Shown here: one piece after another, positions 34,666 to 48,130 of the stretch
Layout of the letters: the number at the start of each line of letters is the position of its first letter
Position numbering within the stretch: position 1 is the first letter of the stretch
Source: Octopus sinensis
Taxonomy: Eukaryota
Assembly (NCBI RefSeq): GCF_006345805.1
Contig: NC_043016.1
Location: 14,570,001 to 14,634,000 of the forward strand
Direction: 5' to 3'
Length of the DNA: 64,000 nt
The notes under the pieces: model-generated
Database searches by the model: none
What the model was told of the DNA's origin: nothing
Seen by the model: only the letters and a program-made list of their open reading frames with translations
Made by a program: the position numbers and the translations under genes

Positions 34666-36169
34666 TATATGTATATAAAGAAGCATTCATTATAGAACAA
34701 ACATCAAATTTGAGTCAACACCACCCCTTTGATGTTTTTTCTATAACCAATGCTTTTTATCTTTCTCTCATTTATATTTGAGCACTTCTTTTGCAGTCCT
34801 ATAAACCCTTTTGTTTCTATAAAAAGAGACAAATATTATTTCTGGTTGCATATATATACGCTCCTTGAAGAAGGAGCTGGCTTTTAACAAAGAAATAAAA
34901 CTCTATTGCAGGAACATGATATGTTGTATGCTGAATTTTAGAAAAGTGCTGCATATTTGCACTATTCTGCTTACAGATTGTATTTGTAAAGTTATTGCTT
35001 GCTGATTGCTTTCCTTCCTTGAAAACACTGGGTTTTGGAGATTGCTAGATAAAAATTGACTTACATAAACAGTATACCTAATAATTACTGGTATAAATGA
35101 GAATTTATAATTAATGTGATGTTATGAACTGAGAAAGCCTTTGAAAGAGGTAAGAGAGATATCAACCATGTGTAGGGGTTCCTTCTTTTTTCTTTTCTCC
35201 TGGGAACAAGAGTTACCAGTGAATGCCAGTTGTGAGGGCAATGAGTGAGTGCAAAGATGGTCACCTTGTATAGCAGATTTCCATTTAGATAGTAGATTGG
35301 AGTCAATCTATCTCTAGGTTCACATGGTTGGAGAGTCGTGTAAATACAAAGTGGTGAAGTACAGAGGTAAGAAGACATAGAGATCGACCATTATAGGATT
35401 CCGACGGAACTCTGCACTGAACATCATGGCTACAACCCTTGGTATGCGTACAAGGGGCAGATGTGTTAGTGTGTGAATTATATGCGTAATGATATGAACT
35501 GAAAGAGAAGGTAAAGAGATGTGGGAACAGAGGTGATGGTAGCCATGTAAGGAAATCCTTCTGTCTTTTGCCAGCAACAGGTGTCACCAATGAATGCCAG
35601 CTGAGAAGAGAACAAGGAACAGTCTCCACAAGCAAAAGACTTCCTCCTCCTTCCTTTTGCATGGTGCCTCTTCTTTCTCCTGTGCCAATGATGAAGTGTT
35701 TATCCTTTTTTTTCCCTAATCCCTTTTACAATCATATATTATATACATGCTGTAGGTTTCATATCAGTTGTCTCTAAATATTTTCCTTCTGACTGATTTT
35801 AAAAGAATTGATCTTGTCTACAGAGCAGCTGATCTCAATCACTACATGTTATTTTTTATTCTGTTCCAAACAAGTATTGTGTGTTATGTCTGCATTTGGT
35901 ATACATTTGACAGGAATATTCCAGCAATATTTTTTAGTGATACTATATGACATTCAAATCCTGTATGCACTGACCTTAAGCCTCTCACTCTTTTCTTTGG
36001 AAACAGAGCCTAATAATATAATTATTTTCTGGAGAAACTCCTGGATGTTGTCAAAATCTACCAGATGTCAATATCAATGGATCAGATTACCTCTATACAT
36101 AGTCAAATGTCCTAAATGTTATTTTGAAAATGGGAGTATAAATACATTGTTGAATTTTGTTTGTGGATG

Positions 36170-36525
36170 AAGCCAGTGCCATATAACTGGCTTATGTGCC
36201 ACCATGCTGGTGGCACATAAGAAGCACCATTGAGGCAGTGTCAGGTGACTGAGACCTTTGGTGACATACCATGCTTGTGTAGACCTGTCAAGCCAAGTGA
36301 GACGTAGTCATGGCCAATGCTGATGTCAGGGCAATGGCACCTGTATCAGTGGCATGTAAAAAGATTCTACTACACTCTTGGAGTGGTTGGCATTAGGAAG
36401 GGCATCCAACCATAGAAACATTGCCAAATGAGATTGGAACCCAGTGCAGCTCCCTGGCCTACCAGTTTTCAGTCAAACCATCTGACCCATGCCAGCTTGG
36501 AAAGTTGGCATTAAATGATGATGAT
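36170..36525 (+). mobile_element. 3' end of a family P-related LINE (long-unit subfamily)
   Basis: catgctggtggcacataagaagcacc; ggcattaggaagggcatcc tail; (GAT)n. Confidence 0.8.
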
Positions 36526-36893
36526 GTAAGAGGAAAACTCTCAAGAATATTTTTATAAAATCTTATTTATAACACTTTGTAGGCCAGGGAGCTGCACTGG
36601 GTATTTTTTAGTCATCCTACATTTGTTCATAGCACCTTTGTATATATTTTCATTAGTACTTTTCATTAGTCTTTGTGTGAAACAAGCAAGACAGAGATTA
36701 TGAATGTAAAGATTTGGAGTTTGGGAAACAGTTTTTTTTTACCAGTGTTCAGCTAACAAATATGGATATTTCTTTTGCTCAAATTCCAACCTTGTACCAA
36801 CAGAAAATATTGCTGTTAAAGTTAACTATTTCTCTGTATTCTAAATATTTCATGGATAGATCTTTGGATTGTTCTCAAAAAATGATGGGTTAC

Positions 36894-37053
36894 CAGGGGT
36901 GGACCCTAGGGGGTGGGGCTGAAGGGCACGTTCCCCACTCAAGAAAAGAAGTGTACCCTTCTAAATAATGTTATTATGCCCTTTTCTCCTGGAATTGTAT
37001 TCCCTTCTGTCCTTGTGCCCTCCCCCTTCGAAAAATTCCTAGGATCACGCCTG
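36894..37053. mobile_element. Small MITE with imperfect TIRs
   Basis: CAGGGGTGGACCCTAGG ... CCTAGGATCACGCCTG; no clean TSD seen. Confidence 0.55.
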
Positions 37054-38232
37054 TTTACACTGATGCTTCTTGCTACTTGTCCTGTAGCACATAACCGCCC
37101 TAATTTTATAAAATACCTGGTTGTGAATTTAGTAACAAAACAAACAGAAACAGACAGACTGTCTCCTGGAAATATTCCCTTTGAAATATTTACAACATCA
37201 GAAACAGTAGTTTGGCTTTCAGTTACAAGTGTAAGAATTGTTGATTAGGTCTTTGTTAGTCTTTCAATGAAAGCAACTAAGATTGCAGATACTTTTGTTG
37301 AGAGCATTGACTTTAATAACAATGGATGAAAAGTAGTATCAAAGACAATTTCTCTGAACAAACTATGTCACCTGGATTCTATGCTGTGTTCTTATTTCAG
37401 ACACTATAGCTTTATGAAAAGTAGTTTAGTATATGCTAACAACTTTTTTGAAATATCCTGTTTAAGGTTTAAGGTAAACACCTCGCCCCGTGCATTCAAA
37501 AATGATGGCTAATTTGTAGTATTTTATAAATAAATAAGGTACAAAACCAAGTTTTTAGTTTAATAATTCTTTTATTACCAAATTTATGATATACCTTTCA
37601 ACTGCAATTTTGTATTCTTGATACACTCAGGCAATAATTATTTTCTCTGAGTTTGTATATGTATATGCTTGTGTGATTGTGATTGTAATAATTATTTGTA
37701 ATAAAACAGATAGAATATGGATGGTAAATCAAATTAATACATTTGTCAATGTTATCTTCTGGTTGTCTTTTGAGATGTGATATCAATCATCGTTTGTTAC
37801 TGAAAGAATGCTGGTTCACACATACATTCACACACTTCCTTTGTATACACACACAGAGTTGGAACACTATTTGAATTTTCCTTTCAGTATTGAATGTTCA
37901 CCATCCCACTTCGATTGCACACAAACACACACATACACACACACATAAACATTCACACACCTCCCTTTTACATACACACACATATACTCACACAGAGTTG
38001 AAACGCTGTTTGATTTTTTCAATGTAGAATTTTCATCATCCCACTACCATCACCCCTTCCTTTCTCACTCATATGTTGTGATGGAGAAAAAGCAGAGGAG
38101 TATTATTATAGTAGATGTTTAGGCAAGCAATGATCTACTGTATTTTCATTTATATGTACGTACACATATATATAAATATATACACACATACATGCATACA
38201 CACACACAGCATGGCACACACCATATATATAT

Positions 38233-38344
<112 letters not shown>

Positions 38345-38595
38345 ATATAAGCATGTGTGAAAGGCTTGCTTCGCAATCCTTTTGTTCTGGGTTCGATCCC
38401 ACTGTGAGGCACCTTGAGCACATGTCTTCTACTATAGCCCCATCCAACTAAGATTTGTGAGTGGATTTGATAGAAGCCTGTTGTATGTGTGTGAGTTCAA
38501 CTTTGTAACTGTGTTTTCCCCCTTGACAACCAGTATTAGTGTATTTATGTCCCCATAACTTAGGAGTTCAGCAAAGGAGATCAATAGAAACAGTT

Positions 38596-39600
38596 TTTGT
38601 GTGTGGAAGGAGCACAGGCACAATGAACACTAAAAACATACAAGAAATAGACTCCATCAAATGCCAGTGGGGAAAACTAGAAGTAGTTGGTAGCTTTCAT
38701 TATCTACGTGAAGAAGTCAGTAGCAGAGGTGGATGCTCCAAGAGCGTAGTTGCAAGAATTAGAATAGGCTGGGTAAAGTTCAGAGAGCTCCTACCTCTGT
38801 TCACAGCAAAGGGCTTCTCCCTCAAAGTGAAGGGCAGACTGCATGCATGATGCCTGTGTGTGAACAGCTATGCTACATGGCAGTGAAACATGGACTGTGA
38901 CCATCGAGGACTTGCATAGGCTTGAAAGAAATGAAGTTAGTATGCTTCATTGGATGTGCAATGTCTGTACATGTTCAACAGAGTGTAAGCATCTTGAGAG
39001 AAAAGTTGGGTATAAGAGGCATCAGATGTGGAATGCAAGAGAGATATGATGTGTATGGATGAGGATAGCTGTGTGAAGAAGTGCCAATCTCTAACTGTGG
39101 AGGAACCTGAAGACATGGGACAAGAGAGCTAAGCATGATTTTTGAATGTTGGGCCTCACAGAGGTAATGACTAGTGACCAAGATCCCTAGCGATATACTG
39201 TGCTTGAGAAGACCCATCAAGCCAAGTTAAATCATAGTTGTGGCCAATGCTGGTGTCACTTAATTTGCACCCATGCTGGTGGCATGTAAAAAGCACCTTT
39301 CAAGCATTGGGCCTCATGGAGGCAATGACAAATGCCTGAGACCTATATGCCGTAACCTACATGCCATGCTTGAGCAGAAGACGATCAAGTCAAGTGAAAC
39401 TGTAGTTGTGGCAGATACTGGTATCATACAAGTGGCACCCATGCTGGTGGCACGTAAACACACTCATTACACTCTCAGAGTGGTTGGTGTTAGGAATGGC
39501 ATTCCGCTGAAAAAGCCATATCAAATCAGATTGGAGCATGACGCAGCCCCCTCAGCTTGCAAGCCCTGGTGAAACAGTCCAACCCATGGGCAACAGATGT
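38596..39600 (+). mobile_element. Family P-related LINE: RT C-terminus and duplicated 3' UTR
   Basis: VFVCGR..., LEVVGSFHYL, FRELLPLF, LKVKGRL, then two long 3' units and tail. Confidence 0.88.
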
Positions 39601-39991
39601 TAAATTGTTGTGGTGAGAGTCATTGACACTCATTGCAGATTGGAGAATGGACTAGCCAAACTCTTATAAAGAGGAGAGAGGTCAGTGGTAGTGAGAGAGA
39701 GTGTTTTGGTGGTAAGGTGAGGTCTTGAAAAACCATAAAATTTTTTTTTTGAATTTTTACACAATATCAGCCTTTTCACATAGTACCAGTCTGGAGTTTG
39801 AAAACTGGAATTTTTATTTATTTTTTACATTGTTACTTTTATATCCTGACAACTCGTTGCCCGATGTTGTAACATAATTGTTACCCAACTCTTCGGTAGT
39901 ATTGTTTGTTTGATTTTTGCACACAGCACTCTTTTTTTTTTTTGTACTAAGCACTCTTGTTAGCTCTCTTGTTTTTTGCTGTGTATGTGCA

Positions 39992-40035
<44 letters not shown>

Positions 40036-40169
40036 CATACATACACACATACATATGCATGAATACATACTCACACACACACACATACACACAATGTTGT
40101 TCTGGGTTAGATTTTCTGGATTTTTATATTTGTGAGAAATAGAGAAAGTAAAACTATAAATGCAGTCAT

Positions 40170-40530
40170 ATCCCTACATACATACATACATACATACATA
40201 CATACATGCATATACATACATACATACATGCATACATACATACATACATACATACATACATACATACATGCATATACATACATGCATACATACATGCATA
40301 CATACATACATATATACATATATACATACGTATGCACATACATACATACATGCATATACATGCATACATACATGCATATACATACATACATACATGCATA
40401 TACATACATACATACATGCATACATACACATAAATACATACATATGCACATACATGCGTACATACGTACATACATGTGTACATACATGTGTTCAAGCATG
40501 TATGCATGCATACATACATACATGCATACA
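40170..40530. repeat. Complex (CATA)n microsatellite
   Basis: Direct inspection; source of HTYI-type artefact ORFs. Confidence 0.95.
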
Positions 40531-41164
40531 TACTTGATGAGAGCCATTGCATATTACCGTGGGAGATTTATCATTCAATATGAGATAAATACCTCCTACA
40601 ACACTGGAACCATAAATTTTGACCTTGTTAAAAACTGGTTATCGTTCAGTTGCCCAACAGGTATTAACAATGTAAAAGGAGGACAAGAAAAAAGAAAAAC
40701 AAAATCTGTGCTGAACCATTAAGATATCTTCAATTATTCCATTTAGATTATAACTCAAGTTTCTTACCAACTGGAGCATCTGGTTACGTGACTTAATACC
40801 ACTCTTGGTATGCTGGGTTTCACAAATAAAAAAAAAATGCTTAACATGCATGACCAAAAGAATATGGCTATAAGCTAACAAAGACACTGTCAAAATATGT
40901 AAGACATTCAAAAAGTTTAGCATGTAATAGGATTTGTATATGCAATGTTGTCAATGCCTGCACACATGTTTCCATGCATATATGTAAATATGTATAAGCA
41001 TATTGTATCATGCATACAAACATAACATACATAATACATACATACATACATACATATATACATACATATTTATAGTGTATATATATAGATTTTTTTTTCA
41101 AAATGTAACCACGTGTGTATTGTTGGTGATTTTCTTTCTCCGTCTTCCTTCCTTTGACTTTCCT

Positions 41165-41200
41165 CTACTTCTGAAGAAGAGCTTTGCTCGAAACGTTAAA
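41165..41200 (+). ncRNA. Minimal hammerhead-like motif (Penelope-type)
   Basis: CTGAAGA-A-GAGC-TTT-GCTC-GAAA-CGT-T: core and stem II intact, one extra A, palindromic ACGT stem III, only 2-bp stem I. Confidence 0.5.
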
Positions 41201-41294
41201 TCCTCTTCCCTTCTTTTCCTGAGCATCTGATAATACAGTACTTGTACCACGTCCTCGCATTGTTGTTTTCATGTTTGTTCTTCTTGTTTTGGAT

Positions 41295-41299
<5 letters not shown>

Positions 41300-41337
<38 letters not shown>

Positions 41338-41761
41338 TATTATATATATATTATATATTATATATATATGTAATATAATATAAATATATATATTAATATA
41401 TATATAATATATATATATATGTAAATATATATATATATATATATATATAGATATATCTATATATATGTAAATATATATATATATAATATATATATATATA
41501 GATATATATATATATTTTATTATTATATATATATTATTATATATATTATATATATATGTAACTTATATATATTATATATATTATATATATATGTAAATAT
41601 ATATCTATATATATATATATATAGTATAATATATTATTATATATATATTATATATATATGTAAATATATATATATATAATATATAATATATATAGTATAT
41701 ATATATATTATATATATATGTAAATATATATATATAGATATATATAATATATATGTGAAAA

Positions 41762-41795
<34 letters not shown>

Positions 41796-42920
41796 CTGGA
41801 AATATATATATATATATATAATATATTATATATATATGTAAATATATATATATATATATATGTAAAATATATATATATAGTATATATATATATATATATA
41901 TATATAGTAAATATATATTTATATATATATTATATATATATCTTATATATATATATATATGTAAATATATATATCTATATATATATATATATATATATTA
42001 TATAGGTGTGTATATATATTGTGTGTATATATATATGTGTGTATATATAATATATATTAGATTATATATATATATATGTATATATGGTATATCTAGGTAT
42101 ATATATGTATATATATGTGTATATATATGTGTATATATATGTATATATAGTGTATATATATGTGTATATATATGTATATATATATATGTGATATATATAT
42201 GATATATATATGATATATATATGATATATATGTGTATATATGTATATATATGTATATATATATATTATAATATATGATATATATGTATATATGGATATAT
42301 ATGTATAAGTATATGTATATATATGTGTATATATGTATATATATGTATATATTATATATTATGTATATATATATGTATATATATGTGTATTATATGTATA
42401 TTATTGTTATATATATATATATGATATATTATATATATGTAATATTATATATATATGTATATATATATGTATATATGTATATATAGTGTATATATATAAT
42501 TATTGTATATATATATATATGTATGTATATAATATATGTATATTATATATATGTAATTATATATATATGTATATATATATGTATATATATGTGTATATAT
42601 ATGTGTATATATATATGTATATATATGTATATTATATATATATGTATATATATGTGTATTATATGTGTATATATGTATAGATATGTGTATATATAATATA
42701 TATGTATAGATATGTTATATATATGTGTATATATATATATATATGTATATATGTATATATATGTATATATATAATATATGTATATATATTATTATATGTA
42801 TATATATGTGTATATATATATATATTATGTATATATATGTATATATATATTATAATATATATATCTGTATGTATGTATATGTATGTATGTATATGTATGT
42901 ATACATTCATATATGCACGT
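41300..42920. repeat. 1.6-kb degenerate (TA)n/(TATG)n microsatellite block
   Basis: Direct inspection. Confidence 0.97.
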
Positions 42921-43559
42921 ACTTGATTACTGTTTATATTTCAATGAAAGAGTTGTTTCTAGATTAGAAAGAAGTTTCTTTTTTCCGTTGAGAGATTTGA
43001 AAAATGGGTAAATAAATAAACCAGAACAAACAAGTAAGCAAGCATTCAAACAAGTTTGTCAAAACTTCTATGAAATAAGACAATAATAAGATCAGACATT
43101 CATGTTTTCTCTTTCCCAGATCAGATCTGAGACAAAGGAAAGTAAGTGAAATCAGTTGCCCAGCACAGATTAACATAATGGTAAAAAGTTAGTGAAAAAA
43201 GAGAACTGACAAGAAATCTGTGGTTACTTCATCTGGACTTTAAATTTAGATTTCCACTAGCTGCCAAAATACCGATCTTGAGAAACTGGGATTCACAAAA
43301 CCAAAGAGAACATGGCTAATTGAGAAATATATTAATCAAAGAAACTGTCAAAATAGATAAAAACATTCAAGAAATGTAGCATGTTGTGAGTACATATTTG
43401 CACATGTAGACATGCAAATGCACACATGTGCACCTAAATCAAAACATACAGCTTGACATATGTAATGACATTTACACCTGGTCCCATGTATGTATGTGCA
43501 CATACTCATGCATACGCAACATCATCTTCATCATCATCATCATCATCATCATTATTTAT

Positions 43560-43850
43560 GTTGTGGCGAGAGTCATTGACACCCCTGGTGGATTGGAGAA
43601 CGGACTACCCAAACTCTTATAAGGAGTAGAGGTCGTTAGTAGTTAGAGAGAACATTTTGGTAGTAAGCTCTGGTTACTCTTGGGTGCTACTGGTAACATG
43701 CAACCCAGTACAACCCTTCGCACAAAGTCAGACCAATCTTAGACGCCACTGGTATGGTGTAACCCAATACAACCTGTCGCACTGGTCAGGTTGCTTTTTG
43801 AGCGCTACTGTTAACATGTAACCCAGTACAACCTGTTGCATGCATGGGGA
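43560..43850 (+). repeat. Tandem 58-59 bp units homologous to the 5' terminus of RTE-A/B, preceded by a block shared with 39607-39730
   Basis: Three copies of GCTACTGGTAACATGTAACCCAGTACAACC-like sequence; ttgtgg.gagagtcattgacac...aaactcttataa also at 39607. Confidence 0.85.
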
Positions 43851-44541
43851 CATCGAGAAATTGGTGAAGCTGGTAGCAGTTGCATGCTCAACAGCGAAAG
43901 TACTACCAGTAAAATACCTGTCATGTTCCGTGAAAAGGCAGCAAGTTGGCAGAAGTCATTGAAGAGTTTTGCTAGAGGCTGGTAAGAGTTGGTGTGTCGG
44001 TTCCGCATTGGACTCACACTGAACACGTAAGTTGCTGTAACGGTAGTTATTCAAATTATGGTGTGTTGGTCCCATTGCTAGAATGTAGCAAGGGTTCGAT
44101 TCCCCTGCTCACAATATATCGGCGTGCAGTGTTCAGCTCATACACATGTGAGTTATAACCTGAGCGGAAAGCTAGTGTGACTATGTGGGGTTTCAAATCA
44201 GAGGACCAACTCAAAGCAATACTAAAAGTCACTGGAAATGATTGTAAATCGTTTGAAACACAAGTCTGAGACTGTACCAAGTGGTTGTGTTCCATCATCA
44301 TTCGAACCAAAAACTTTGAAGCTACCAGAAGAGGAAAGGAAGAAATCAAATGACAGAAGAGAAAGGCTTGACAAAATCAACCTTGTCCTCCACCAACATT
44401 GCCATGCAGTCAATGCCATTGACCCTTCTTTGCAAGAATTGGTCTCCAGAGTCATCAATAGCATCACCATAAAGGAAGTGTTCAGCAAAGAAGAAAATAA
44501 ATACCCAGGTGTGAGATAAAGCCACTGCCAATTTATATATA

Positions 44542-44770
44542 CAGTAATCCCTCAGCTATCATGGGTGTTATGTTCCAAAACCCCACACAACAGGTGAAAA
44601 TCTGCAAAGCAGAAACAGTATTGTACTATATATCTTTAAAAATTATTTTTATAATTTGTATATATTTATTTTATTATAAATGCAAAACAACACCACGGAG
44701 GAATCGATGTAAGCTTAAATAATAAACTGCGATAGGTGAACTGCAATAGGTGGGCCGCAATAAGATCTGG
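44542..44770 (+). mobile_element. Tigger/pogo-like MITE (partial)
   Basis: TA-CAGTAATCCCTC start, internal ggtgaaaatc.gc.aag; right TIR not found. Confidence 0.55.
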
Positions 44771-45134
44771 CATTTCAACCTTATTGTGAAATAATCTACA
44801 TAACAATTATTGCATAACATACCAATATTCACTAGAAATACGTGTAAGATTTTGTAATTCATGATGTTGTAATGAAATTTCTTAGACAAACTCCCTTATT
44901 TTATTCTGCTCATAAGTATCTATGTGCATGTGTCTGGATGTATAGCACTAGCGTATCTAGAGTACGTGCTGCCCGGGGCAGCCCTTCCATTTGCTTCCCC
45001 CAGACCCCACAGAAAAACTCACATTGCCTACAGCAGACCGAAAAGTGCCGCTCGGAGCAGACCATCCCTACCGCCCACCCCATTAACTCTGCTACTGATG
45101 TATAATCATTACCAATAATCATTACTCAATAAGC

Positions 45135-45760
45135 GTTGTCATATTTTGTATGTTTTTCTGCTGAAGCAGTTTGGTATGAAGCACAAGTGGAAAGAAGCAT
45201 ACCATTTGTATTTTCATTCCCAATTCCATGACTGACTATATTTTCGTTCCATGTGATATGATTGACCCAACTCTGACATTGAAATGACCAAGATGAGAAA
45301 AGATGAAAAAAATGTGATCAGCTGATTGTATCTTTTCAGGTATTTTGTGAAGCTCATCGCAGAAGATGCTGCTCTCTGTGTGATCTGCTACAAGTGTTGG
45401 CCTATGCACGCTAAATAATGTCATTCGTCATTCCACCAAAAATAAATAACAACGTAATTGTTGGATTGAAGTTATGGGATAGTTCCACAATATGCTGAAT
45501 CCAAATGTTCCATACAGCAAAATCAACTCCATGTCTATGTGGTTGATCACCTTGACAAACTGACCAGGAGAAAAAGTAACCATTTCCTTGAATACTGAAC
45601 ACCTCACACAGTCTTGCTTCACTCACAGCAACAATATTGATATCTAGTCGTGATGACATTTTGGCTGTTACAGCTGTTTGACGTTCAAGGTGGTTTGTCT
45701 CATTCTGTAGTGTATGAACATTCCATGATGCAGTGTTCAGTATTAAATTGATGCTTGAAG
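45135..45760 (-). mobile_element. Old RTE APE-domain relic
   Basis: NTASWNVHTL...VAVSEAR...HFNVRVG...GIGNENTNGMLL. Confidence 0.8.
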
Positions 45761-45879
45761 TCAAAACGTCCACAAAAAGAAGCAAGTTTAAGTCGACACT
45801 GGGTGGGGGGAATATATGTGAAGCTTCTTGGAAAGAAAAATCTGGTGATTTGTGAGAATCTTTTGCCACAAATGGTATG

Positions 45880-46090
45880 AAATCCTATTATAATGGTCTA
45901 AACAGTTTATGAAGCACAACATACGTCAATGGGCCATTTGTGGTCTCAGAATGGAACTCCAATACTCACAGACCCATCTGATTTGTTGAAACGAATGACT
46001 GAATATTTTAACAATATTTTGAAAGTCAACATTTAATGAAGATGTCATTGAAAATCTGGGACAATATCCAATAAATGAAGGATTGCTAAC
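45880..46090 (+). mobile_element. Old RTE APE-RT linker relic
   Basis: GHLWSQNGTPILTDPSDLLKRMTEYFNNIL resembles the RTE linker (L.S.DG..LTD..IL.RW.EHF..LL). Confidence 0.6.
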
Positions 46091-47385
46091 AGCAAACCCG
46101 AATCTTTTCTGTTTGGCTGTTAGCATCAATTTCTGTTCAAGTTGATTTCATATTCAGTGTAATGTTACACTTTTATAGACTAAGCAATACCATAAAAATG
46201 AATTTTGCCATAAATCGATAAAGAGTTAGTATCTATTAAACTTTGAAAATTTTGGGTAATTTTAGCTAATCGCAAACCAGACACATTCATGCCTGTTTCC
46301 AAGCCGAACATAAGAACTTTTTTGTCTGTGAGAAAGCACATGTTGACTAATATGTTCCAGTCATTGAGAAGGTTGTCATATGTGCTAAAAATAGCAGCCA
46401 AATAGGCCTTAAATCAAAGAAACATTTTATGAGTACAAGAAAATGTAGTGGGAATATGTATTGACAATGTTTGTGCCAAGGATGCATGGAGTCTGTGTAA
46501 GTGAGGAAAGATAGATGGTTTGGAGGTGGTGCCCTTCCTCTTAGGACTGTAGTACTTTTCTTTTTCTAATGGGTTAAGGAATTGACTTCAGTCCAGTTTT
46601 GTTTTGAAAAACTGGGGATGAGCCATTGCACAGCTGTTGATTATAACAGCTATGTTATGGAAATATGTGCAGAGGACTTGCTGTTATCCAGTTAAGGCTG
46701 GTGATCCTGGGAAGAGTGAGATATTTGTTTTTTAAAAATATTTTATTTGATATGTGCTGTTTTGCTTTTGGATAAATCCTAGAAGTTTGTGTTATGATTT
46801 TCTTATTTTGAGAAATATTAAATTTGTAATGTGCTGTTTATTGCATTAAATGCATATTGAATGCTTAAAGCTATAAAATACATTGTTTACTTGTTTTTTT
46901 GTCAATGAGGTGGTTGTGAGGTGTGCTAAAAATAACAGCTAAATAGGCCTTAAATGATGCGCCCCCACAATTTCTTTGTTTATTTTTACATAATCATATG
47001 AAGTCCCATGTGTAGAAAACAAATTCACAAAAATTTTCTGGAAGTTCCAAAAAATAAAAGAGTTATGAGGGGCTATGTGTCGTGTGTAATTCATTTGTTT
47101 ACAGTTTCATATAAAAACACAAGTGCTGTTTTCAGGATGTTGACACAATGTGCAGTTATGCACTACTGACAGCTCCCAAATTCTGTTTCCTGATTGGGTG
47201 AAAATGATCAAACTTTAAACCTCTATAACTTTTTAAAATCATATTCATGGAAATGTTAAATAACTCCAGCAATTCAGTTTGGAAAACTACATTAATGTGC
47301 CAAATTTTGAAATTTTCACTGAACTTTAATTTTTGAAGTTTGGCTGGCAGCCAAACAGAAAAAATTTACAAAGCCTCTTATTAAT

Positions 47386-47447
<62 letters not shown>

Positions 47448-47968
47448 TGATCTTCTGCCTCACTGGAATTGTTGACCTCACATCTCCATTCAAATAATTT
47501 CACTGACTACACCATCAGCAAAACTTTTTGAATGGAGATGTATGGTCCATTGTGATTCTCAACTTTATTATTGCACTGGGTGGGCATTTAAATACGATTG
47601 GCACAGTCAGTCGGTTTATGCTTGACTATATTCAGATATAACGATCAACAAAAAGCCAAAGAGCATGATACCTGTGATAGAAACTAGGAAACAGCACAAA
47701 CAAAGTGGGTGGTAGGGGGATTTAACTGGTTTTAGAAGTGGTGCTATTTTTGTTGAAACTCAAAATCTTTCCTAAGAAAACTTTCTATTCTTTGTCGACA
47801 ACTTTATCATTTAAACTTTGTCAAAGCTTATTTAAAAGAAAAAGGTAAACACATTCTTTTTCTTTCGTGTATTTAAGCAACTTTCACAATGCAACATAAA
47901 TAGCTCTTTCGATCATTATATATCCTTAAAGATTTAGACAAACTTCTGTATTTACAGTGAGCTTTTAA

Positions 47969-48130
47969 CCCTTTAGTGTTTAAACCGGCTATATCCGGCT
48001 CAAATATTCTACTCATTTTATGCTCAAACTGGCCAGAACCAGTATCTCACACCTACCCTGCAATGTCATTCTAAAAATAAACAATTACATCTTTCAAATC
48101 TTGAAGCTACAAGATAATACCAGATTAATT
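47969..48130 (+). mobile_element. piggyBac-type MITE left end
   Basis: TTAA followed by CCCTTTAG..aaaccggc.atatccggc; right end not found. Confidence 0.5.

Noticed and set aside
34855-34915. Possible hammerhead (cttgaagaaggagctgg...gaaa)
   Set aside because: Core is TTGAAGA, with no closed stem II or stem III.
44085-44112. tRNA-like T-arm (agcaagggttcgattcccctgct)
   Set aside because: No D-arm, anticodon arm or acceptor stem recognisable; not called as tRNA.
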